Below are positions 25,471 to 39,675 of a DNA stretch of 64,000 bases, piece after piece; position 1 is the stretch's first letter, and each line of letters starts with the position of its first letter. This stretch comes from the human T2T-CHM13v2.0 reference genome, Homo sapiens. The notes beneath the pieces were generated by a model. That model made no database searches. It saw nothing but the letters and a program-made list of their open reading frames with translations, and had not been told where the DNA came from. A program made the position numbers and the translations under genes. Where the stretch lies: NCBI RefSeq assembly GCF_009914755.1, contig NC_060927.1. The stretch is one strand, 5' to 3'.

Positions 25471-28400
25471 AGGGGCTGGGTAGAGCAAAATTGCACTTGC
25501 ATTTTATGGTGCTTATTTGGGTGTTTCCAAGGCCCTCAGAAGGAGAGAAGAGAAAAGGGATGGAGGGAAACTGAGAGAGCCAATTACTCCATAATGTGAC
25601 ACCTCCTGTGACCACAGAAAAATCAAAGCCTTGAATAAATTCTACTCCACCAATTGGTGTAAGCTCTGCACAGCTGAATCCTCAGATGCTCTAGGCCTTA
25701 TTCACTATACCCCACCCCTACCCCAGCCACCATGGAGCCTGTTTTTCTCAAGGATCCCTGATGGTCCCTGAGGATACTTCCTGCAGGTGGGATGCTTTCT
25801 ATGTCCTCAAATAAGAACACCTGTTAGGCCAGTGTGATTAGTAAAGGAAGTCCTTTTTAACTCTAATGACATAAACATGCAATTGGATTGATGGGATATT
25901 TTTTTAAAAATTTAGAGTGAGGCATGAGGCAAAATTACATGGATTTGGGAGAGACTTAAAGTGAATGTAGGAGACCAAGATGTTATGAGGCACTTAGAAG
26001 CAGTAAAATAAACGGCATAATGAAAGTAGAATTTGGTATATAGTATTCTTTCAGGTCTGGGAGCCCACAAGGAAAGAAGCTTTTATAAGAAGTTTTGAAA
26101 AGCCAGATAAAATTGTACAAGTGTATCTAATCCAACAGAGATTCTTTCTAAAATAAGAAGTGAAAAATGAGGCTTCCCTAGGGGAAGGATTGAACCTTTC
26201 TAATAATATTTGCGTTTTAGTTCACAGGTGCAGAAATTGAAGAGGATCTGGAAAAGGTAGTTAAAATCGCCATGCTGTGCAACAAACAAAACAGATGTGA
26301 GGTGACATTTGTCTGAGGAACTTTGTGCCCTACTTCCTCCAGCAAATATGCCACACATCATTTAAATAAACTTTTTTAATGTTTAAAATTCTTTAAGTTT
26401 TAGATAGCGTGTCTATGACATGGTGATGTGCACTTATCTGTGTTTGGCAAAGTATGTTAGTCATTTATTCAACAAACATTTCCTAAGCATCTACTTTGTA
26501 TAACTGCCTTTATATGTGTGTAAGTTTCATGTATAAATATGGTATTATAAATATTTAAAAACCATCTGAATCAAGAACATGTTTTTTCCACCTACACATA
26601 CCCTTTAAAGTATGTTCACACCAATGCATTGTGATTAGTTTTACCTGCTTGTTTCTTGAATTGTTCACCGAAAAATGGGACATCAAATTGTTTCTAAATT
26701 AATTTCAAGGTTTGCAGCAAAATTATAGCTTTTACAGACATCAAAGCAATAGCTCAGAGCAATTGTAAAATAATAAGCAAATAAACTAAACTAGGAAATT
26801 AATATGGCTATTTTAATTGAGTGTTCTTGTTCATTATTAAAGAGGATAAATAACATAAATTCTCATGTCAGTCATTTTAACTTATAAAAAAGACTGTGAT
26901 AATCTTTAGTTTTATTGATCACTTTGATAAACCGGTGTTTCATTATATTACTTGTATTAAAATTTTCTCTACAAAAATTGTAAACCTATTTCCATGTGCT
27001 ATCTGATCTGTATTTATAAATAGAAATTTGCTAAATTTATGGTACTTTGTAATCTTTCATAAATTGAATTGTTCAAGTTTAATCAACTTAAATTATTTAT
27101 GGCTATAATTGTATTGAGCAAAAAGTGACTGAAGTTAAGATTTTGAAAAGCTGACCATAAATTAAGCAACATTAGTTTTAAATGGAACTCTTCCATCATG
27201 GATTTCATTGTTCAGCCATATAAATAGTACTGATAGAAATTATCCATGGTGAGTATAATCATTTTTATTTAATTATGTTTTACCTTTGTCAATTCACAAT
27301 GGCCATTCCGCTTTAAATATAATGCATCTGTCTAAAAAAAAATTCTCTGGACAGCTGTGGGTTCAATCATGCAATCTTTATGCTATGTCAACCAGGAGTA
27401 TTTAATTCATGGAGTTTGGGTGGATACTTGCAACCAAAATAAAATTCTGCTTATTGGGTGCTTGTTGCCAACAAACAAATTTTGCTGCCACACCAACATC
27501 TTTAAATGTAGCTCTGGGACTGTGCCATTGGTTTCTGGGAGTGCAATCTGGCAGCAATCAGAACACCTGGAGGAAGAGCACCAGCCAGGGTACCTTAAGA
27601 GAATTGAACATTGCAATATGATGGTGGCTGTGGTTGGATTACTTAAGGATTCTGTTTCATTCTCATTTTGACATGTGGTTAGTAAGTGATGAAAGGGGAT
27701 CAAGGAAGATCTGTTGGATAGAAGAGGTCTGTGCGCTTTCTACTATACACTCCCTTGGTGATGTGTGTGCATGAATTCAGTCCAGGCCATAGGCAACATT
27801 AATTGGAGGTCCATCCTTCCTGCCTGTTCATTCCCAATGATCCTAGACCCAGTAGTGGTCTATGTATTGTAGATAACTTTCACTTCCATCTTTCCCCCTT
27901 AATTTACACCTTCCCACCTCCCATGACATCTCTTAAATTACCCTCTTCTGTCCCACTCCTCTGATTATTTCTAATTCAGTTGGAAAGTTAAACTTTCTCA
28001 GAATTTGGTTGGCAGTGAGGTGTAATGGACAGAGTACAGACTTTGGCTTACTATCAAAAACACCTGGATTTTGACCCCAGGTTATCTAATCTTGGGCAAA
28101 TTATCTCACTTCTTAATTTCCTCACTGACAAAATGGGGATAATAATAATATGTGGGGATAATAATATACCACCAGACTGTATAAAGGAGACTCCATGCTT
28201 CAGTCACACTGGCTCTCACTCCCGCCCCCTGACATCTTGCTCCTCTGTCACCTTGCTGAAACAGGGAGACTTTTCCCAGTTTGTTGCTTGTCTCTTAAGG
28301 TTGCATATGGTGACTTTTTGACACTTGGATTTTTTTACAGTAAAAAATGAAACCAGAAAAAAATAATAAGATAAATATGTAATGGATTTCAGAATGTGGA

Positions 28401-29074
28401 AGTCTTTTTAAAGCATAAAAGCATTGGAAATTACTTTTATATAATCCCTGCCCTAATGAAGCTTATATTCTAGCTATTCTCACTTGTCTATTTTTCCAAA
28501 TAAACTTTAGAATAATTTTGCTGTCGTCACCCTTTAAAATCCTATTAGTACCTTTGACTAGGATCATATTAAATTTAAGTGGCAAAGTGATGCATGCTGG
28601 CATTAAGGCCTTTATCAGAAAAGTAAAAGCTTTTCTAGAAACCCCTAGCAAATTTCTGCTTATCTAGCATTGCCCAAAACAGTCACACACATGACTCCCC
28701 TTCCCTGAAAAGGAGGCTGCAGGATGATGTTTAACTTCTAAATGGCAGAATGGAGGTGGGAGAAGGGAGATAAAGATGGCTGCTGAGTGAGCCCACCTGC
28801 AGAGTTTATATGAAAGACGGCACCAGAGGCAGGAGCAATTTCCATGAGCACCTTTGCAAGATGGGTCACAAGGAGCATTGCTGTTTGCCGAGAAGGTCAC
28901 TCTTTGTCCCTCTTTACTGCAGGCAGCTAAGCAACTTTGACATGCTAAGGACTTGGAAAAACTACCAGGGGTAGTGTCTGTGCCTTGCAGATCAAAAAAG
29001 TCTGGAGCAGCCATCAGAGCAGTGGTCTTATGGAGGCCTCTCTCAAATGCCCATAGGTGTTGCATCTTTTGGCA

Positions 29075-29657
29075 AATGCTATAGGTTGCCTATCCAACCA
29101 GCCATGTCCCATTCTTCATAGCTAACAGAATCACAGTTTTGTTCTGGTAGCAACAGTCACAGCAGCCACGGATGAATCATGTTTGATCATTCGTGGCAGT
29201 TGCAACTCCCTTTGGCCAGTGATTGGTCTAGAGATGGGCAACATGGCCCAGCTTTGGCCAATGAGATGGAAGGGGAAGTCTGCTGGGGGTGGGAGGGGTT
29301 CTAGAAAAATATTGTTTTGCCTAATACAAAGACACATCCTTGTGAGAAAACCTGTTTCTCCCTGCCCACTTTTCCTGCTTTGAGCATGGTAATATGTAGA
29401 CATTATGCTTGGAGCTGTAGTTCTTCCAACTTGCATCTACAAGGCTAAGGACAAAAAGCAATTTTTCCAGGTTAGCAGAATGGAAACATAGAAAGAGCCT
29501 AGGTCCTTGATGATTTTGTTGATTGAGCCAATGTATCACACCTGGAACTGCCTACCTCTGGACTAAATATAAGAGACAATTAAATGTCTTTATTATTTAA
29601 ATCACTTTTGGTGGAGTTGTTTATTACTTGCAACTAAAAGCATTTCTAACTGATATA
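29075..29657. mobile_element. MLT1J/K-like LTR
   Basis: gttgcctatccaa...tggccaatgagatggaaggggaagtctgctggggg...ttacttgcaactaaaagcatttctaactgata. Confidence 0.7.
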
Positions 29658-31046
29658 GCCCTTAAAAAGGAGAGCAGAGGAGAGCCACGTGAGTCGGCTG
29701 ATTCTTGAGTAAAGACCTGGGAGGGAGAAGATGTCAATAGAAGCTAATGAACAAGAAAAATCTAGGTATTCATATGAACATGACCCTTCCATACCCAAAG
29801 GCAGTAAGGCCTAGAGACAATCAAGTTATATCTATAGAGTAATTTGAGAAGAAATGACGTGTTTATACAATACATGCTTCCCTTTTAGGAAGACAGTGTA
29901 ATTTCTGCATTATTTAAATCTCTTCTATCCCCTCATTCTCTGACATTTTTTGTCATATGTGCCTAACCTATTTCTTGTTAGGTTTATTCCTAGAGATTTT
30001 ATGTTTGGGGCTGTTGCCTCTCTCAAGATGTCAGGGTTCCCTGGGGATCTGTCTTCTGCCCTTTTTGCACCCTATAATTGCCCTAAATGACAGCACCTCT
30101 TCCTCCCACCCCACCCGAAACCCTACTTCAAACTGCTACTTCTCCATTCTGGGCAAATACACTTAACGTCCTACGAACGTAGTCTTTTCTTGGACTGTTT
30201 TTTTGGAGGTCACCCAACCCTGATTGACAGAAAAAGGTAACATTTGGAATCCAGTGAGCTTGAGGTTAAAATATGTCATGTCAGCAATTGCTAAACAACA
30301 GTACATCAGATTAGGTCAAGAATTTGTGAAATGTTTGTGCCAAGTGAAATGTCAAAGCACAAAGTGTGTGAAGGGAAAAAAATCCCTGTGCCACTCAAAA
30401 TGTCATTCTGTCCTGCAGCAAGTAATTTATTCCTTTCTGTCATTGCTGTTCTTGTTTTACATGTATTAATGCTGCCTCTAAATAATTGAAATTAATAGTG
30501 GCATTATCAATGGTTTGGAGTAAAAAACTAAAGAGCTAATTTAGAATCACTCAGTCAATTTGGGCTCATTTTGAAGATGGAAATTATTGACCCAAACTTA
30601 AAAATAAACCCTTACCTGATTGTCCAAAGCATTTATACTGCAGCCATTATTTATTCTGTTAATTTTTGTAATGTATATAAAGAAGGCACAGAAGAAGATA
30701 GTAGAGAATGAACTTTTTTTCTTTAATGCTGTATCTGAGGAATTACAAACAAGATAGAAATGCTATAAATAGGATTAGTAGATCCAGGTAGGCTTCAACA
30801 AATGGAATGCCAGTGGCTTGTTGAGTCAATTATGAAGCAAAACCTCATAATGTTTGTCCCCATTTTCCCACTGGTTTTAATTTCTAAATTGGCAGAGCTT
30901 TCCAGAACATGGCTCTTCTCCATGCCATTTGCTTTCTCTGAGAGCAGCTTTCTGCTGCACAGTCATGGCCAAACAGTAGGGAACTGGTCCTGCTCTTCAT
31001 GCTAGAGCTGCCTGGTTAATAAACCAAAATGCTTCTCTGTAGGCAT

Positions 31047-31175
31047 CAGGGCCAGGACTACGGTGAGGCGAGCAAATGCCTGGAGCAAAACATTTAAGGA
31101 GGCACTCACTCTCAGGTGCTTCCTTAAATGCTGCACCCTGTGCAGCTCACGTGGCTCACCATAGTCCTGGCCCTG
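31047..31175. mobile_element. MER96 hAT MITE with central deletion
   Basis: TIRs cagggccaggacta / tagtcctggccctg; 8-bp TSD gtaggcat / gcaggcat. Confidence 0.85.
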
Positions 31176-31794
31176 GCAGGCATTACTGCTGTCCTTGGAA
31201 TTGAAGAAAGGAACTTGGAAGTAAAGAAAGACTCTATAAATCTTCTGACAATAAAAGCTGTGTTCCTACCCAATTATTAGAAATTTTACATTCCAAATTC
31301 AAAGAGTAATAGAACCACATATTGCTAAAAATCGAAGAAACTTCCCCAAAAGGAGCCCAATTAATGACTCAGAATGGGCTCAACAGCTTGAAAGAACTAT
31401 GTGGGACCACCAGGTTCTAGAGTTTAGGATCCAATTTTCAGGTTTGGATCTCAACTTTATCAGAGACTTGGTCAAACTGAGCAAAACTGGACAAGGAAAT
31501 TAAAAATCACTCATAAACCCAATTTACTAAATTAGAATTGTAGATATTTTCCAGTGGCAATACCCTCTTGTTTAATCTTGAGCCACCCCTCCTCAGAGTT
31601 AGGGCACCTGGAACAAAGTATTGTCATCAAATGTCTGCAGGTGAACAACAAAAGAACAGTGGGGGGTGTATGGCAGGGTATTCCATCCAGGCCCGAAAAG
31701 TCCTGCCTCACCCCAGAATACTCACCTCTGTGTATCCATTCATCCAACAAGTATGAATTGTGCAGGTACCATGTATTCAGCAAACTCCGTCAGG

Positions 31795-32572
31795 TCGACC
31801 TTCAAAAGAAATCTCAGTCCAGTACTTCACGCCACCTGCACAGTAATCATCTAATTCAGGCACCATCTTCTCATGCCTAGAGAAATGGAACAGGCCCCTA
31901 ACTGGTCTCCCTGTTTCCACCTACTGTTCATTCTTCAGCCAGCAGTCAGTCTGATCCTTCTAAAATGTAAGTCAGATTACGATGCACCTCTGCTCAAAAC
32001 CCTCTACTGGCTCTCTTCCTGTCGGAAAAAAATTTCCAAATTCCGTTTTTTGGCTGCAAGGCCTATGAATCTCACCCCAGCTCCCTCCGTGATTTCATTT
32101 CCCACCACTTATGCACCTCACTCATTGCACTCTGGCTACAGAGGTTCATCCTGCTCCTGGGACATGCCCCAAGCATGCTTCTGCCTCAAAATCTCTGCAC
32201 ATATTCCTTCTGCTTGAATAATTTATTCCCAGATCTCTGCATGGCTCCCTCTCCTTAATGCTTAAGTATCTATGCTTAAATGTCAGCTTAGAAGTTTCCA
32301 TAACCACACTATCTAAAACAGCAGCCTTTTAACACTTTCTGTTATTTTCTGATGTATTTTTCTTTAGCCGTCTAACAAGTTTTCTGTCTCCTCCCAATGG
32401 AAGGTAAGCTTCACAAAATGTTACTTGTTTTTTGTTTTATTTGTTTTTTGTTTTTGTTTGTTTGTTTTGTTTTATTTTCATTGCTATATCCCCAGCACCT
32501 AGAACACTGCCTGGAACATGGTAAATGCTCCAAATCTATTTTAAAATATTTGTTGAAATAAGAATGAATACA
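31795..32572 (+). mobile_element. L2 3' segment
   Basis: ctaactggtctccctg, tccttctaaaatgtaagtcagat; ends cagcacctagaacactgcctgg...aatatttgttgaa. Confidence 0.8.
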
Positions 32573-32689
32573 TGCAGGTTATGTATAATTCTGGTCACTA
32601 GAGGGTAGTATTCTTTGGTGACTCAGGACTTATCCTTGGCCTGGACAAAATAGCCTTTCAAGACTCTCTCCCTTTGCTTTCTGAAGGAC

Positions 32690-33690
32690 TCAATGAAGTA
32701 CGTGAGAGAAACAGAAGGATAAAGGTAAAACCAAGCTTTTTAGCATGAGCAAATGGAAGAATAGAGTTCTATTTACTGAACCAGGGACAACTATGGGAGG
32801 AGCAGATTTAGGGGCTGAAAATCAACAGTTCATTTTGGATATAATAAGTTCAAGATGCCTCATATATATGCAGGTGGAGATGTATAGTAGGCAATGGGAC
32901 ATGAGTCTGTGGTTCAGAGGAGAGGCCCAGGTAGAGTATATAAATTTGGCAGCATGTGGGAAATATTCAAATTCATGGATTGTATGCAATCCCCTGGGGG
33001 TAAGTGTAGACAGAGTAGAATTCTGAGGTCTAAACCCTGGGGCACTCCAGCATTTAGAATTGAGGGGATGAGAAAACACCAGTGAAGGGCACTATAAAGG
33101 GGAGGAGAGGGAAAAGTGGTAGTTGAAGGAGGATAGGAGTCTAGGAGAAATCTTCTAAATATGAGAAATGTTAGTATATTCAATGCAGTGGAAATGATCT
33201 GGCGAAGCGGGGGAAATTAATGATGCAGGAGAGAAGGACAACTCCAAGAGCAAGTTTCTAGAGTGGGAGAGAGGGGCTGGATGCAGAGTAGAGTCTTGGA
33301 TAGAAGCACAGACAGTTTGCCCATCATCGCATGAGGAAAGGCAGAATCTCTGAGCACAAATGCCAGAAGGTAGGTAGATGTGGTGGTAGGAGCTTGTGGA
33401 AGTTCTTTTCTGGTTGCTTGTGTTTTCCTCAGTGAAATAATGGATTGGAGGTTTCAGTGAGATGGGAGAATCGCAGGGAATCAGATGTTCAGAGGAATGT
33501 ATTGGGTAGAGGTGAGGAAGTAGGATGTTGAAAAGTGATGTAGAATGTTTGGGGGGATAGTGTAATTATCGAAGTGACTGGGCTGAGGGTATGGCCATAG
33601 AAGTGGTGATTGAGGTGGGAATGAGACAACACTACAGAGGTGACTGGCCAGGATATTGATGGATGGTTCTTTCTGATATAACCTTGGGCT
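32690..33690 (-). mobile_element. L2 fragment followed by MIR (~33700-33930)
   Basis: gggaggagcagatttagggg...gtggagatgtatagtaggcaatgg antisense L2 motifs. Confidence 0.65.
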
Positions 33691-34487
33691 GATACATGTG
33701 TGAGTAACATTAGCTACTGTTCCCTGAGAGCCTCCTAGGTGCCAGAAAATTCATGCAATTCTCTCCTTCAATCCTTACAACTCTACCACAACCCCAAAAA
33801 TTGGAGATTATTATCCTCTGTTTCACCAAATATGAAAAAACATTCATTAAGTAGCTCAGGGTAGTACAGCAACATGGATGCAGCATTCACACTCAGGTCT
33901 TCTGACCCCTAAGCCGTGTCCTTGCCCTTGGCCTGCACCATACATCTCCAAGTGCACCACCTGCAAGCTTTAGTTCATGGCCACAAGTTACATGTGAATT
34001 TCGCCAGGGCCACGAAGTCTTAAGTCTCAACTTTTGTTGTTTGAGCCTCAGCCAAAAGACAGATCCAGAGACTGCCTGCTTCAGTCTCCTGAGAGAATAA
34101 GCCTTTTTTAACTCATCTAGGTTAGTGTCACCTTGAGCACTGGAAACTAATATAAGAAGGCAAGTCTAACCATCATAGTTTTTTTGGATTTGTTTGCCTC
34201 AGGCCAGGCCAATAAAGTCACCCACGGAGGCAAACAAACCCAAACAGACTGTGGTGGTTAGACAAAGACCTTTGTCTTACTATATAACAGGAGACGCTTA
34301 GAAAATTCTGTAGCCCAGAGCAAGGGACTTCTTGGTCATTCACAATGTGGTAACCCCTCTTCCATCTGGAAAAATAGCAAGGCCTGATACCCAGTCACTG
34401 ATATTTCTAAAATGTTCTACTGCAAGGCCAGGGCTTCCTATTCCCAGGAGATAATTTATACAAGTGATATGTAAAGATATTAGAGAT

Positions 34488-34708
34488 GGCTGGGCACAGT
34501 AGCTCACACCTGTAATCCCAGCACTTTGAGAGGCCAAGGCAGGAGGATCACTTGAGGCCAGGACTTCAAGGTCAGCCTGGGCAATATAGCGAGACCCCCA
34601 TCCCTACAAATAATTTAAAAATTAGCCCAGGAGTTCAACACCTGAAGTGATCTATGATCCAGCTTAGGCAACAGAGCAAGACCTGGTCTCTAAGGGGGAA
34701 AAAAAAAT
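34488..34708 (+). mobile_element. Internally deleted AluJ
   Basis: Left arm intact; right arm has two deletions. Confidence 0.85.
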
Positions 34709-34916
34709 ACAGACATGAAAGTTTCCACAAAATTCACATATTTCTTGCTGCAGTTGGGAGAAATTTGCATGTTTTTTGCTTTGTAATAATTCTACTAGAG
34801 AGTGGAGAAATCCTACCTCTCAGTGCTGCAAATGAGAAAAAAAGAACAGTGTAATTGGAGGCCATCATTGCTAATCATCTAGACCAGAACCAGTCTGGTT
34901 CTATTGGACTGGCTCT

Positions 34917-35112
34917 AGTCCGATAGAACTTTCTGCATTAAAAGAAATGTTCTATACCTGTGCCTTCCAATTCAGCAGCCGTTAGCCACACATGGATACT
35001 GAACACTTAAAATGTAGCTAATGCAAATAAGAAACTAAAATTTCAATTTTATTTAATTTAAATTTAAGTCATATGTGGCCAGTGGCTGCCATATTGGACT
35101 AGGTAGCTCTAG
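34917..35112 (+). mobile_element. MER3
   Basis: gtccgatagaactttctgc...agtggctgccatattggac. Confidence 0.8.
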
Positions 35113-35258
35113 ATTATAAAACAGAAGGCCAGCCCTTTGAACACAGTGACCAAGTTTTTCCACAGAACCTTGCCGTAAAGACCCTTACTTGGTCAGCTCC
35201 TCCTAAGAAAAGACATCTCCACTGCTCACTCCTTTTCAAATAAAAGATAGAAAGCCCA

Positions 35259-35866
35259 TGTGATCATTTTCTATTACTGCAACCAAGTACCACAAACCTT
35301 GAAGGTTAAACCAACACATATTTATTATCTCACAGTTTCTATAGGCCAGAGGTCCATGTACAGTGTAGCTCAATTGGGTTCTCTGCTTAGGGTCTCACAA
35401 AGTCCAAGACAAGGTGCCAGCAGGGCTGTGTTCCTTTCTGGATCTCCAGGGAGGAATCCACTTCCAAGCTCATGCAGGTTGTTGGCAGAATTCTGTTCCT
35501 TGTGGGTTGTGGGACTGAGGCCTGTGTTTCTTTGCTGACTGTCAGCTGGGGGCTGCCCTTAGTTCCCAGACGCCTGTCTCTGGTCCTTGCACATGGCCCC
35601 TGTTTCTCAGATGCAACAGCACATCAACTCCTTCTCATGCTTGGAATCTCTCTGATGTCCTACTCTGGCCTTAGCTAGGAGAAAGCTCTGCTGTTAAGGG
35701 TTCACATAATTCCCTGGGACCCACTCAAATAATATCTCTATTTTGAGATCAGTTGATTAGTAACCTTAATTACATATGTAAAGTCTCATTTGCCAATTAA
35801 CATAACATAACCACAGGAGTAACACCAGGGGGCAAAAGTTTTGGGGCCAAAATTCTGCCTATCACA
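35259..35866 (-). mobile_element. MLT1E-like solo LTR
   Basis: ttattatctcacagtttct...gaatccacttccaagctcatgcaggttgttggcagaattc...aattctgcctatcaca. Confidence 0.8.
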
Positions 35867-35915
35867 ACCTAATAGCACAGAATGGAGAAACTAGTGAGGT
35901 TACAGTTGGTCATTA

Positions 35916-36275
<360 letters not shown>

Positions 36276-38639
36276 AAAATATTTTGACTATTTTCTTTTA
36301 GAGTCCCAAGCCATTTGTCTCGCTTCATTATTAAAACAAACTGGCAAAGTGGTGCCCATCCCCAATCTCTGTCAAGGATCCCCAAATATTTCAGGTTACA
36401 CTCCTTGGAGGGTCTTAATCTTCGGGATAACTTCCAGCAAAGGCACAAGAGCTGTTACATCACTTTGGAGATCTTTCTCATCACAGGAAAATCTACCAGC
36501 AAGCACTCTTTCCCGGTTTCGCCAGTGCTGAGTTAGATATTAAGTCATGAGAAGGACAACCTGGCCTAGAGGCTGTTAATTAATAAACAAACCTCATATG
36601 CAAACTAAGCTACTCAGCTCCAGTTAGCAAATTCCGATAAGAAAATGAAGTGAGTGGAAAAGTACTTCCTGCTAATTAGGTGAAAGGAGACACTGAGTTT
36701 TCAAGTTCTGAACAAAGAGCTGTTTTGTGTCTGTCTTCCTCCTGGAGAGATGGGAAGAAGGTATCTTTGGGCCAAGAGTTCCAAGAGAGAGCTGAGAGAG
36801 GATCAGGCTGTTACCTGAAAGAGTGAATAAAGGACAAGCTGATGCATTTTCCAAGAGTGAGTGTACATGTGGTCTGAGAAGTCTCATGAGAGAAATCAGC
36901 TCAGAGGGCCACAGTGTTGAGAACCAACCAGCGGTTTCAGAAGGTCGCCATTCTACTCCAGGACTGCGGAAGCTGTCAACTTCATTCCCTCCACCACCTC
37001 TGCCCATTGTATCAGGAGCCACTTAAAATGAACTTGCAGGTCAAGCCCTATTACAGACTCTGGAAGCCAACTATCTTTGACAGGGGTAATGAAAATAGAG
37101 AGAAAAATCTTCTACCCAGCTGGCTCCACAATTTCTGTTAGAGGAGAAACTATCTTGTTTAGGAAAATACCTTGAAAAGCTAGGTGGGAAGAAAGAGTGA
37201 GCCCAAGGACTGAGGTTGACAGGAGTTAACAAAGAAGCAGCTAAATTTCTCTGCTTAGAAAATGTAAAGGGACTTAGAGTAGGAGTGGGAAAGAGGAAGG
37301 AGATGGAGGAGAGAGGAGATTAGGAAAGAGAGAGTTCACACAGTGGGAATCTGGAGTCTGGGAGCTGGCAGAAATGATATAGGGGACTTTTAAGAACAGG
37401 GCTGTCTGATATTAACTCTACATCATCCATTGTCCAGTACTGATCTGTAGCTCCCACCAGCAGTTAAAGTTCTACAACATGCTGCTAAATGCCGTGAGTG
37501 ATGCTTTAGGAGGAAACCAAGGAGAAGGAGCCCTTGATTTGATCCACAATGGGGTGGGAAAGAACTCAGCCAAAGTTGGAAATCATCGCAGGAATGACTA
37601 GGAAACTGTTAGCCCACAGGACTATGCATAATGTGGGAGGGCACTGTACTTCCCCAGGATGGGGCTTGAGTCAATCTTCACAGATACTAAGAGTCAGGGT
37701 GACCCCAACTGACATCTGAGTTGCATAAAGATTAGATTAGCCACTCAATGATTGAGCATTACATCTATCTTGTTGCTTTTTCTATCTTGATTTAATATCA
37801 TGGTTTTCCCAAAACCCGAATGTGCGGTTTTTATCCCGTGCACCATCCCCCACCTCCCCTCCCCCCACCGCCCACCTCTTGGACTAAGTTTCTAGCTTCA
37901 CATCTAAATCCCTCGTGACTGGCCACCTGACTGCTACAGGTTTCGTTGAGATGTGGTCACCCTGACAATAGAGCGCAGGTGTCAGCAGACCCATTGCCGT
38001 GATGATGAAGATTCTTAGGAGCAGCTTTATTATATGATCATCAGGTCAAGCTAGTTTGGCCAAGAAGTTTAGGGGCTGAATTCTTAACCCTCCTAATGCT
38101 GAGGACTCTACGGATGAGACCCAATGCTTCCGGGAAGACACCAAGGGATGAGAGTATGTTACCAACATAAGGAAAAGTTTGGTTAATTTATCAGAGCCCT
38201 TGTGTAGATGCACTTCACAGAAGGCCTGAGAACATGTACAATTCTCCTCCTTTCAACTAAGGTCTAACAATTCTACCCTCCTCACTTGAGACTGGCTCAT
38301 GCTACGGCACAAAATAACCTCCCAGCCATGTTGCATTCATCTGGAGGCCTGGGCAGAAGCCTATCACTGCTGACCAGCCCATAAGGGTGGGCAGCACCTA
38401 GCTTCAAATACTGCTGACAACCTCTCTGTGTGGGCTTACACACCCCTTATGCCTGGGGCCCATGCTTTACCTATCTCTCTACTCTGACATACTTTGCCTC
38501 CAGCCTAAATGCTAGCCATTCCAATGGCCTATCTTTTCCTGTTACCATCACCTCCAACCTCCCCTTAGCTCATCCTCCTTCTTCTTCCTCTCCTACGACT
38601 CAACCCCTTCTGCTGGCCCTCTGGAGCCCTCATCCATTG

Positions 38640-39260
38640 GTAAATGCCTTTTCTTACAATGGAAATCTTTCCCCCTTTGGTCTCCTTTCTCCTCCTGCCT
38701 TAACTGAAACACGATCCTTGCTGAAGCACATTGCCTTTCCTGCAACCCCCTGGAAGTGAGGACGTTGATTAGCATCTTAGTGCTATTTAGGGGAACTGAC
38801 ATATTTACTCTTCTGGCTCCATATTACCATATTCAAACTCTTACTCTTCATTGGCTAGAAAAGCCCTTTACCCTGTTTTGTGGCCATTGGTATCTATTCT
38901 TCTCTTCGTCATTCACTCCACATTCACTAGACCTCCAACAAGCTTTCTTCCTCAAATCCTGCAAAGATTTCTGGTAGCCACTAGCCACTTCCTCTCCTAC
39001 AGCTTTATATTAAATGTGATTATTACCCAGATCTATTTCAACTCTGCCAACCTAAACTCTGATGTCACACCAAAAACCATTACCAGTCCATTTTCCAGTT
39101 CTCTCTTTTAAAGAAAACAAACAAAAACAATTACTCTTTGACCTCATTTAGAGTGCTAATCCATGGATCCCTTTATGTGATCTTGCTCTATCTCCCATCT
39201 GCCTTCACTGTCTCACCTACTGAGACCCTATGTGCTATCCATCAAACCAGTATTTTACCA
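38640..39260 (+). mobile_element. Degraded L2 internal fragment
   Basis: CT-rich; gccttaactgaaac resembles the L2 endonuclease-region motif. Confidence 0.4.
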
Positions 39261-39562
39261 CTATCTTTTATTGATCCTTTCAGATATAGAAACACCTGAG
39301 AATAGGTAAGTTCACCTATAAATGAAACACTAAAAACAATGAACAGTGTTCTATGTAAAAGAAACACTAATGACAATCTTAAGGTTTTCTACCAGGGTCT
39401 GGCTAATATTTAATGACTAATAAGTCTGAACAAAACGACATCAGGTGCCTATAGATAAACTTTGCTTGGATTTAGATAGAGCCAAAGATGTACATCACTT
39501 CCCAGTTGGATTTTGAGCAGTACTGGAACAGTGGAACTTAGAGAATCCTATTCAGAAACTAC

Positions 39563-39675
39563 TTTTTTTGAGACAGGATCTCACTCTGTCATCCAGGCTG
39601 GAGTGCAGTGTCTCAATCACTGCTCATTGCAGCCTTGACCTCTCGAGCTCAAGTGATTCTCCCACCTCAGCCTCC
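39563..39675 (-). mobile_element. 3' ~110 bp of an AluJ-type arm, abutting the SDHB retrocopy
   Basis: tttttttgagacaggatctcactctgtc...cccacctcagcctcc. Confidence 0.9.

Noticed and set aside
37846-37876. C-rich run, a possible G-quadruplex on the minus strand
   Set aside because: Isolated motif with no promoter or CpG-island context.
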